This document shows positions 1-11,875 of a DNA stretch of 64,000 nt, in pieces; positions within the stretch are counted from its first letter, which is position 1, and each line of letters starts with the position of its first letter. This DNA is from the human T2T-CHM13v2.0 reference genome, Homo sapiens: NCBI RefSeq assembly GCF_009914755.1, contig NC_060927.1. One strand, 5' to 3'. Position numbers and translations under genes: made by a program. Below the pieces are notes generated by a model. That model saw only the letters and a list, made by a program, of their open reading frames with translations, was not told where the DNA came from and did no database searches.

Positions 1-589
1 GGGAGATGCCCAGGATTGGACTCCTTGTAAGTAACTCAATTCTTATTGTGATTTCCTTTTGGAAACTGTAAATATACTATTTAACATAAAGCCTTAATTT
101 CGCTCCTTTTTTGTTTGGTTATCATCTTAAATTACACCAATGCTTCAAAAAAGAAAAGCACCTATATATACCTGCATATATAGAGAGATGGTCTTGCGGA
201 GGCTAAAGAAATGAGGTGGTAAAGAGTTGGGATGACCTGACTCCACCCCCAGGAAAAAAAACAGCCTCCCATGCAGACAGTGACCATCATCTCAGAAAGA
301 GTGCAACCTCAGCCCTCTCCATTTTGACCCTTAAGCTAGATGTTGCTTCTCTCTAAAGGATGGGGCATGACACATCCCATGTCTCCCTTATAAAAATATA
401 TGCGAGCAAGAAAGCCTAGTGATCACTTTTGAAAAATAAAACTGTAGTAATTTTCTGTTGAAATATTGATTTGAATGAACATGAAAATCTTCTTTTATCT
501 AGAACACAAGCAAAATGCAGTCTTCTTTCACAACTGAGGGAGAGCCAAAGATAATAAAACATGAAATTAGAATCTAGAGCCAAAAAAAA

Positions 590-700
590 AAAAAACTGAT
601 GAATTATTCAGTTCTCACTCCTGCTTTGGAAACTGAGGTTTAAAGAGGTTAAAATCAAGGTCACCCAGTGGATGTGTGACAAGGAGTAGGGATGTGGAAA
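590..700 (-). mobile_element. MIR fragment
   Basis: 'ggaaactgaggtttaaagaggttaaaatcaaggtcacccag' resembles the reverse-complement MIR core; boundaries approximate. Confidence 0.6.
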
Positions 701-2901
701 CCAAGGCTTTTGTGTACAATCTGTGTTTCTTACACTCCAACCTGTGCCCATTCTGAGACAGTTTCAGACGGTGATGAAAAAAACCTCTCCATGCCCCAAA
801 TCAGCAATCAGAGTCCAAGAATGATCAGTTTTCTAGTCAGCTGTGCTGAATGAGCTCTATGACCTGGATTTCTCCTGCAATATCTTAGTTTTCCCTTGCC
901 CAGTTACTTTTATGACCTATTTAATAAGTCATAAAATTATGTACTAAATTTAAAAAACTATAACTTGTAATACTATATTATAAGGATAATGTCATTGGTA
1001 AGGAATCCTAAGTAGACTATTACTTTTTTAATTTCTCAGATATCCATAAGTTCTGCTTGGGGGAACTGGTTTGAACTAGATACAAAGAAATTAGCCATAT
1101 AACAGTTTATCTCTTTGGCAACCCCATTTTCCTAGTACTTCAAAATGACTCCTGCTTCAGAAATGAACACATATTCAAAGCCAGTGTACAAACTTAATGG
1201 TCATCCGGTAATATTGCAAAATATCATCTGACCTGCCCAAATACATATTTTTAGACAGTTCTATAAATGGCTCCTTCCCACGGGATACATATTTCTGTTC
1301 CATTTTTTGTGAATGAATATTCCCTGCTCCCACACCCTTCTTTACAGGAAGAGGAAGAAACACTGGAATTACTAAATGGAGCATGACTCTTTTTCCAGAC
1401 AACAGGCCCAACCATGAGAATTAGAACGTCACTTGGCAGCTGGATCCCTTTTCTGTCCTCAGAGACGATGACACCTCAGGAAAGTGCTTACCTCCACATA
1501 CTTCCTGAAGCCTTAAAAGGTCAAGAGTACTTATTGAGACACATTTTATTTTCCGCTGTCCAATCTAAAGGCATCACAATGTTTTTCAGAGAGATTTTAA
1601 TTCTACAAAATGATTCAGTAAAAGACTGGATCTAAAATTTGTCATGTTAAAAACTACTAAAATCAGGTCATGGTACAATAATTTCCTACAGCTTATAATA
1701 ATTATCATGAAAGTATAAGTCCTGCATTTCTGTTTCTTAAACTATAACGTTTTAAAAATTATTTAATATTGTTTTATCCTAATCATATTCAGATCAAACA
1801 AAGGTATAGTTGTTTTTTAACTGGCAAAAATGCAGGAAAAATGTGTAAACTTTTAAACAACCAATATTCAGAGTGAACTTTTAGAAAATGTTAAATTTAT
1901 CCCTCAAGTAAACTGTTTGTTATTTGCTTATATTCCTTTAGAAATCCACCAGGAAACTCTGTCCATTACTCTGACATGATTGTACCATTAGGACCTCTCC
2001 TGGTAATTCTGTTTACCTCGTTTTTCATACTAAAAGCCAAATACTCATTAATAACTCTTCATCAAAGAAGACAGTCATTGTGGAGCACAGAAATTAAATA
2101 GGCATCCTAAAGATATTGGGATTCACTTGGAAGGAAAAATATAGAAAGCAAATTCGTGGTTGGTAAATATTGAGAGGCTTTTAACGACTAAGGTCTCATG
2201 TACTTCAATGCTAAAAAGCAGAAGCAAGCTGCTGGAAAGCTGGCTGCTGCAAAAATTTTTGAGCTCTTATCACATGACATTCTGAAAGCCTTTGGAAACA
2301 TTAAAACATAAAAGTCACCACACTACTTCCTTCTGAGAGTTTCTAAATGCCACTGAGAGTTTCTAAAATGCCCTGATACCCTACAGCTCTTCACTCTTGG
2401 AATAAAGGATCCAGGATGTTTTAAACGTTACCTGGTTACATTGGCAACAATTATCCTGAGTCTTAAAATACTCCTTACATCAAAACTCACTTCTTAGATT
2501 CTATCATGTTCAAAACAAAATATTATAAAATGCATAGAAACTGATTGGATCCTGACAAATAATTATAGTTGGGTGTTTTTTTAATTAAAACTCTGATAAT
2601 ATTTAATTCATTCTTTTTATTTTTATAACTTTTGACATGTATGGATTAATTTTCAGATGTTTTTCCATTTTAAAGCAATAAATAAAATATAATCTAAGAG
2701 CTCATTTTTGGAGATATGTGTTATACAAAAGGTAATTTCTATTTTTTATGCAACACAGCATTTTAATTATTTAAAATATTGTAAGTCTGTTGGTAATGAA
2801 TGGTGCTGTTGTCATTGATACTAGAGACAGTCTTGGAATGTGTGAAACTGGAATTGAAAGTTTAGATAGACTCACATCAGCTACTAAATTTAAGTAATAG
2901 A

Positions 2902-3219
2902 TTTTTGTTTTTTTGTGTTTTTTTTTTTTTTCTTTTTTTTGAGAAGGAGTCTAGTTCTGTTGCCCAGGCTGGAGTGCAGTGGCACGATCTCGGCTCACTA
3001 TAACTTCAGCCTCCCAGATTCAAGCTATGCTCCTGCCTTAGCCTCCTGAGTAGCTGGGATTACAGGTACCCGCCACCATGCCCAGCTAATTTTTGTATTT
3101 TTCATAGAGATGGGCTTTCTCTGTGTTGGCCAGGCTGGTCTCGAACTCCTGACCTCTTGATCCGCCCTCCTTGGCCTCCCAAAGTGCTGGGATTACAGGC
3201 ATGAGCCACCGCGCCGGGA
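2902..3219 (-). mobile_element. Alu (AluS, Sg-like)
   Basis: Poly-T, then gagaaggagtct...gcccaggctggagtgcagtgg...gagccaccgcgcc; full dimer. Confidence 0.95.
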
Positions 3220-3279
3220 CTTCGTTGATTTTTTTGTCTGTTAACAACATCACTCAAACAAAGTACATAATTTGTCTTT

Positions 3280-3973
3280 TTTTCTTATGTAATATTCTAT
3301 CTTTATTTTTCTTTTTAATTTTTGTGGGTACATAGTAAGGTGTATATATTTATGGGGTACATGGGATGTTTTGATACAGGCATGCAATGTGAAGCACTTC
3401 ATAGAAAATGGGATATCTATCCCCTCAAGCATTTATCCTTTCAGTTACGAACAATCCAATTATACTCTTTAAGTCATTTTTAAATGTACAGTTAAGTTAT
3501 TATTCACTGTAGTAACCCTATTATGCTATCAAATTGTACGGCTTACTCATTCTTTCTAACTATGTTTTTGTACCCGTTAACCATCCCCACCTCCCTCCCC
3601 AAACCCTGCCCACTACACTTTCCAGCTTCCGGTAAACATTCTTCTATTCTCTATGTACATGAGTTCAATACATAGACAGATTTGTATATTTGGAGCCTGG
3701 AAGTTGACATGGATCATATCTGAAGGCTCCAATAGTATCAATGCAGTTGGAATCAAGGTTTTGATTTTTAACTCCCAAAAATAAGTGAGAACATGTCATC
3801 TCTCTTTCTGTGCCTGACTTATTTCACATAACATAATGATCTCCAGTTCCGTCCATGTTGTTGCAAATGACTAGATCTCATTCTTTTTTATGACTGAATA
3901 GTACTTCATTGTGTATATGTACCACATTTTCTTTATCCATTCATCTGTTTATGGACTCTTAGGCTGCTTCCAA
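3280..3973 (-). mobile_element. 5'-truncated L1 3' end (L1MA-like) with 15-bp TSD
   Basis: L1 3'UTR text (gggtacatagtaaggtgtatatatttatggggtac...aagtgagaacatg); acataatttgtcttt on both flanks (3265-3279, 3974-3988). Confidence 0.9.
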
Positions 3974-4654
3974 ACATAATTTGTCTTTAAAGTCTGATTC
4001 TGTTCCTATCAGCCACTATTTGCTTCATAAAGAAATTTTCTTGCTGATAGACCTTTGTTTTACAGAATGAGAAATATCAAAGGTTTTGTCACTGAAATGA
4101 ATGGTTCAGTTTTTACTTTACCCATATTAGCTCTTGTATCAGTGCATCCCTCTACTTTGCATCTCATGTATAAACTCCTCAAAGAGATTACTTACAACTT
4201 GTTTTCAATGTTTCTGACTTTTTCCTCCCTTTATTCTCTATAAAATCATCCATATGTCATCAAAGCACTAGGTAGAGCAAATTTTAAATGAAAAATAAGA
4301 ATTAGAAGTTCCATCTTGGGTAAGAAGTTGCATAGATAAAGAAGCTAAAGTGGTCTAATAATAAATATTTAGATTACTTGTGTATCCTTGTTATACATTA
4401 TTTCACTTAAAAGAGAATTTGATGATTGATGATTGATTTTATATTGCCAGATGTTATGACAAGGAGCTTTCCTAGAAGAACTCATAAAAGATCACATTAA
4501 TTTATTAAAATTAACTTTAATGATCATTAGAGAAAGTCAAGTAAAGATATCTGTCTCAAAAATGCATAGTGGTAGCTGGGTTTAGAGAAAGATATTCTTA
4601 AAGAAGTTTTTAGGTTAATTTTGGTACATCAAAATTGTTCATGGCAGAATTAGT

Positions 4655-6830
4655 TTACTCATTCATTTTTTAAAAATATATATTTATTGAGAGTCTATTA
4701 TGCATCTTGCTAAGTGATGGAAAGCTATGGTCCTTGCTCTCAAAAAAGGCATGGTCCAGTGAGAAGATAGGCACAGCAAATGAAGTACAGTGAGTGGTTA
4801 TGAAAGGGCTTTAAGCTAGATTCAGGATGATGGGAAATTGAAGAGGGCAATCCTTCTGTGGGAAATTTCTTAAATAATGAGCAGAAATTGGTCAGATACA
4901 GGTAGGTAGGCATTTGAGATCAGGAATAAAGGCTGAGGGACTTAAAGATAGAGGGGCTTGAAAGAGATGGTATGTAGGGCATTTCACTAATATTGCTAAA
5001 GCATAAAGTAGAAGATCAAAAATGGCAGTGAGTTACTAGATTGATGGGGAAAAGCCAGATTCCAGAGGGCTTGGGATGTCATGTTTGGGATGTTGGTCTT
5101 TTACTTATGAACAAAGAGGAGACATAGAAGTGTTATAAGCAGTTATAGACATGTGGAGAATGAATTTGAGGGGGTTAGCTTGAAACTAATTAGGATCCTG
5201 TTGTAATAATCCATTTTAAAGATACTGTCTATCCAGAATTTGGAAACTTCTAGTAAGAAAGAATAAGACTAGACAGATCTGATAAATGTGTTTTGGTGGT
5301 CAAGTCAGCAGGATATTTATTGAATTGGAAAACTTAAAATTCAGGTAGTAAGTAAACATAAATATAGTGTAGGTAACAAAGTAGATGGGAGAGCCCTAAC
5401 TTGTATAAAAGACTCCAGAAAAGTAGGTTTAGAGAGGAAGAGGATAGGCTGAAGTTGCGACATTTTAATTTTAAAGAAGGTTTTATTTAGGTCATCCAAA
5501 TGGAGTTATCTGGCAGGCACTGGTATATACAAGGCCAAAACTCAAAGGAGATTTCTAATCAGAAATATAAATATCAGTATTTAAAATAATGAGTGAGCTG
5601 AGATCTCCCAGTAAAAGTGTATGGAATGAGATCAGTAGCCCAAGAATATGGTCTTTGAAAGTAGTTTTAGGTGGTCAGAGGAGGAAAGCCCAATAAGAAG
5701 ACAGAATGGGATTGGCTAGACGTTATAAGAAAATTTAAGCTGGAAAATGAAGTGTCAAAGAAGCCTACTAAGCATTAAAGTTTTATGTGTTTTTGTTTCT
5801 AGAAAGCTGGACAGAACAATTATCAATCTTAATTGAAACAGAAAAGTCCAGAAGGAGAAAGAATAGTATCTGCCTATTCATTGGTGATAAGGAAGTCACT
5901 AGTATCTTAGTAAGTGATTTTTCCAGAGTTGTAATGGGGAAGAATCCTTATGCCTATGTGTGAGGAATGATTACACAGATGAAAAAATAGAAATAGAAAC
6001 TAATCTTTTGAGAAGTTTGATGAGAAAGGAAGGAGAAAGATGAGATGGTTCTTAGAAGGAGATATTGCATTAAAGGGAAGTTTGTTTGTTTATAATGGGG
6101 AAGAGTTGAGCATATTTGTGGGCTCAGAGGTTACAGCAAATTAAGAGAGAGAGAGAGAAGTTGGAAATACAGAGGTAAGAGGTAAGGTAAGGTAAGACAA
6201 CTAAGAGCAAGGAATCTTGGAATCAGGAGAGCAAAGATTTGGGGATTGTTTAAAACATGAGGGATTGAGTTCTTAGCTAGGAGAGAAGGAAAAAATCTTG
6301 GGTTTATACATAGACAGATTTGTATATTTGGAGCCTGGAAGTTGACATGGATCATATCTGAAGGCTCCAATAGTATCAATGCAGTTGGAATCAAGGTTTT
6401 CTGCTGAGAAAGAAGATTGTGGGAATTGATCGGAGAACTTAAGAAGATTGATTGGGATCTGGAATAATCACTGACAGGAATGGAAGAGGTAATTGACCAA
6501 GGACAAATAAAAACATTAACTACTGGTACAGAGGAGCCATCTGAGATTTGAAATTGTGTACTAAAGATGACCACAGTTTGATTTGTTTGGTGATTTTCTG
6601 CACTTGTGCTCAGAGTCCAGGGTATATGAGCACAGAAGGCATATTTTAGCATTAATGCAGAGGGCAGAAGAGGAAGATGAACGCAAGGAAATTGAGGGTA
6701 ATCTGAAAGTCATTTAGATAATGAGATATAGATTTGCGGATACAAAAGATAGCAGAGATTGTAGGAGAGGCTTGATAGTCTGAAAGAACATGGAGGGGGA
6801 AAAGAAAACTGGAGAATCAAAGTTGTCAAG
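4655..6830 (-). mobile_element. Decayed L2 fragments
   Basis: Starts with the reverse-complement L2 3' end (attcatt...tatttattgagagtctattatg), followed by a long purine-rich tract typical of antisense L2; boundaries approximate. Confidence 0.65.
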
Positions 6831-7372
6831 GACAGATGAAAATAAATATGCAAGGGGCTTTAAAGGAATGTCTTGGCCAGGGATTAAAACTAAAGAAAAA
6901 TCATTGAACACAACATGGCTATCTAAGGAGTAATTTGAACAAAAGTATAATATTATCTAGCATTTATAGTAATCTTTCTCTCTCTGGGGTGATCTTCTCT
7001 CATTAGTCATTTTTCACTTAATTTCTGTTCTAGTGAAAACAAAAAAGTTATTACTTTTAGACAGGTACTGTGTGCTCTTAAGAGTGTTACCAAAGATTAT
7101 AGAAAGTTTGTGAAGAAGAAAAAATATAAGTTACAGTGCTTGTTGGGAAATTAGATTGAAGGGGCCACTCAAAAACTTGAATAAAGTTTTACTATGTTTT
7201 TCTTATTTGTTTAAGTATAGGTTGTTTCACAAAACACTGCTGTACAACTAACTCCATGCTTAACTACAGAAGTTAAGTGGGAGGGGAAAAAAAAATAACA
7301 GTGCTTAAGTGGAGATGAAGATGTCCATGTTCTGCTTGATGAAACCTTCAGAAGAAATACCAGCACTAGTTC

Positions 7373-7376
<4 letters not shown>

Positions 7377-7405
<29 letters not shown>
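7377..7405. repeat. (TG)14 microsatellite
   Basis: Direct reading. Confidence 0.97.
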
Positions 7406-7407
<2 letters not shown>

Positions 7408-7954
7408 CAGAGCAAGTTAAATGTCTAATGAAGTCTATCAAAATTTAACAAAATAGAGTTGAGGTGAGCTATAGGATTCCTTATATCCTGTAATATATCA
7501 CAGACTGAAAGATTCTAGAATGCTCTTATAGACATCCTTCTGTGTCTCTCTTCTTCCTCTATCCAAAGTTAAAAATAAATACACAAATAAACTCTGTCCC
7601 AAATACACACTCCAATGGCTACTTACCTTTCTCTTCCTTCTCAACTAACCTTTCATTCTTTTCTCCATATACAAATCTCAGCCTTCCCCTTCATTAACAT
7701 TAATTACATTGGATTGTAGGGAAGTGAGGCGGAAAGTAGGAGGGCTGAAAATCTAACAAATTAGTATTCTTTTCTGTTGGCCAAACTGATGCTAAGATAT
7801 TACTAGGAATGGCACTATGATATCCAAATGCTGTTATCTTATGTTTGTAGATTAGTCTATGGAATAAAGTAGAAGTGCTGTTAGCCTTATAAAGTAAAAT
7901 ACTTTATTTTTGGAGAAGAACAATCTCTCTCAAGTTAATATTTTCAGTCCGGTC

Positions 7955-8520
7955 TGATATCATGTAGTGGTGAAAGTGAGACAGCCAAGTATAAAGGGGA
8001 CCCCGAAAAGCCTCTGACCAGCCTGCGCACTGGGGTGTGCAGGAAGTTAGCGTTGTTTGCAGGGGGTGGAGCCTGCCCCTTCCTCTTCCTGGGAGGTACC
8101 TGGGATTCAATCTGCGAGGCAGGAAGCATAGCGTATCAAGGGTCTCTCTCTGCTGAGAGTCCCTGTTTCCCCTTCTTTCCTTTTTGCCCAATAAATTCCA
8201 TTTTCCTCACCCGTCAAAGTGTCTGTGAGCCTAATATTTCAGGGTCATATGACAAGGACCCCATTTTTAGCTGAACTAAGAAGAAAGTCCTACAACAAAA
8301 GCTTGGGCTCTGGAGTTAGGCTGGCTAGGTTATAAATCCTGGATCTTCAACTTATTAGCTGTGTGCCCCTAAGCAGGTTATTTAGCCTCTCAATATTTGC
8401 ATTCCCTTACCTGTAACACAGGAGACGTGATAGCAGCGCCAAACTCAGTGTTATTATGAGGACTAAATGCGATATTGATGTTATACAGCAAGTCTCCAAT
8501 AAATGTTAACCATTATTATT
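7955..8520 (+). mobile_element. MIR, interrupted by the LTR
   Basis: gtagtggtgaaag | cttgggctctggagttagg...aaatcctgg...cttattagctgtgtg joins into the MIR consensus. Confidence 0.75.
7977..8297 (+). mobile_element. Solo ERV1-class LTR (MER61-like) inserted into a MIR
   Basis: TG...CA ends (tgagacagcc...tagctgaactaagaagaaagtcctacaaca), internal aataaa, 4-bp TSD aaag. Confidence 0.8.
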
Positions 8521-8991
8521 TTGACTGCTAATACAGAGAAAAGAAAAAGGGAAGTCAAAGAGAAAAGAATTTAAACACGTGTTAGTTTATTTCTGAAATA
8601 GTCCGCAAAATAGATACCAGAATTTTTACTTCTGGGTACATTGAAGTACTCAAAGCTAGCAGATCAGCAAACCTTTAAGGGTTTTTGACAGTGGGTTTGC
8701 TGGAAATGACATGGCTATTTAGCTTATAACTGAACTCAGGGTGAAACAAATTAGAAAGATAAAGATAATTTCTAACTAATAGATGGCTCTTAATAGTTAT
8801 GTATCGCATGATAGAAACTGATACTGATAGAAACTAACATTGTTCCTTGAGCCAATAATAAAAGATTATTGAGAAAGATTATTAACAGGCACCTTAAGCA
8901 ATTATTACATTATCAGTGTTGTTTTATAAAAAATAATTGATTCCATGAAATGTTATTATGTGTAGTTTTTACCTTTAAAAATGGTGGTGAA

Positions 8992-9374
<383 letters not shown>

Positions 9375-9697
9375 CTACTATCACCTGTTGATAGGATAGC
9401 AATTCTATAGTTTAAAGCAGTAAATAAAATTCTTGAAATTTGAATCTGTAGCTTAGAGCCATGTAATAGCACTAAATCTTACATATAGGGTCAAATCTTC
9501 TTACAACTCTACAACAAGCAAATGATCCATAATCTCTACTTTTCTGAATTAATCCATTGAGATTCCAGACCATTTACTACCTACCACATATTGCCTTGTA
9601 TAATTAATTAAACTTCTCTGGTTTATGACTTCACTCCTCAAGTCATAAGTTCCTTGAAAGCAACATTATTTGGCATCTAGATGTGACCTAACATACC

Positions 9698-10062
9698 TGA
9701 TATGGTTTGGCTCTGTGTCCCCACCCAAATCTCAACTTGAATTGTAATAATCCCCATATGTCAAGGGTGGGACCAGGTGGAGATAATTGAATTATGGGGG
9801 CATTTTTTCCTGTGCTATTCTGATGGTAATGAGTGATCTCACAAGATCTGATGGTTTTATAAGGGGCTTCCCCCTTCGCTCAGCACTTCTTTCTCCAGCC
9901 ACCATGTGAAGAAGGGCCTGTTTGCTTCCCCTTCTACCATGATTGTAGGTTTCCTGAGGACTTCCCAGCTATGCGGAAGTGTGAGTCAATTAAATCTCTT
10001 TCCTTTATAAATTACTCATTCTCAGGCAGTTCTTTATAGTAGTATGAGAACAGACTAATACA
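9698..10062 (+). mobile_element. THE1 (MaLR) solo LTR
   Basis: tgatatggtttggctctgtgtccccacccaaatctc...agactaataca; 5-bp TSD atacc. Confidence 0.93.
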
Positions 10063-11526
10063 ATACCATTTTACACAACAGTCAGGTTTGAATCATAAAG
10101 AAAACAGATGATCAAAAAACCTTTTACATGCAACTTTTATTTGTATACTTGCATACTCTATGTGGAAGTGGACTTCCATTTTTTTAATTGGACTTTTTTT
10201 CTTCCTATTGAGTTTTTTGTCCTTATATCTTTTGGATATTAACCCCTTATTGAATGTATGGCTTGCAAGTATATTCTCCCGATCAATAGGTATCTTTGCA
10301 CACTGGTAACTGTTTCCTTTGCTGTACAGATGCTTTTTAGTTTGATGTAATCTCATTTGTCTAATTTTGTTTTTGTTGCCTGTACTTTTGGGGCAAATCA
10401 AAAAAAATTATTGCCCAGACCCAAGTCATGTAGTTTTCCCCGGTTTTCTTCTAGTAGTTTTACAGTTTGTGGTCTTACATTTAAGTCTTTAATCCATTTT
10501 GAGTTATTATTCTTTATAGTGTGAGATAAGAGTACAATTTCTTTCTTCTACATGTGGAAATTCAGTTTTCCCAGCACTATTTATTGAAGAGACTGTCATT
10601 TTCCCATTGCATATTCTTGGCACATTTGTCATAAATCACTTGGCTGTATATGTATGAATTCATTGCTGTTCCATTCTCTATTCTGTTCCATTGGTCAATG
10701 TGTCTATTTTTTGCCAAAACCATGCTGTTTTAATTACAATAATTTTGTAGTATAGTTTGGAATCAGGTAGGGTGATATTTCCATCTTTGTTGTTTTGCAT
10801 ATGACTGCCTTAGCTATTTAGGGTTTTTGTGGATCCACATGAATCTTAGCATTGTTTTTTCTATTTCTATGAAAAATGATGCTGGAATTTTGATAGACAT
10901 TGCATTGAATCTATAGATCACTTTGGGTAGTATGACCTTTTTTTTACAATATTATTTTTTTCAATCCATGAACACAGACTATCTTTTTATTTATTTATAT
11001 CTTCTCTAATTTATTTTATCGATGTTTTATAATTTTCAGTGTACAGGTCTTTTACCCTTTTGTTAAATTTATTCCTAAATATTTTATTTTTGTAGCAATT
11101 GTGAATGGGATTGTTCTCTTTAGTTTCTGAATCATTTGTTATTACTGCATACAAATGCATCTACTGATTTTTGCGTGTTGATTTTGTATCCTGCGACCTC
11201 AGTCTATTTGTTTTTTAGTTCTAACAGTTTTTCAATGCAATCTGTGGGATTTTCTTATATAAGATGATGTCATCAGCAAACAGTGACAATTTCACTTCTT
11301 CCTTTCCTATTTCAATGTCTTTTATTTCTTTCTCTTGCCTAATTGCTCTGGCAATAATTTCTTTATTAATACCTTATTAAAGTGATGACAGTGGGCATTC
11401 TTTTGGTCAGACCTTAGAGAAAGGGCTTTCAAGTTTTCACAGTTAAGCCTAATGTTAGCTGTGGGATTTTCATAATTGGCCTTTATTGTACTGAGGTACA
11501 TTTCTTGTATATCTAATTTGGAGAGT

Positions 11527-11875
<349 letters not shown>

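Noticed and set aside
1321-1386. Acceptor-like ctttacag followed by EEEETLELLNGA*
   Set aside because: 12 codons only, no recognisable protein, no supporting exon
6131-6652. 173-aa ORF
   Set aside because: Lies in decayed L2-like sequence; no recognisable cellular domain
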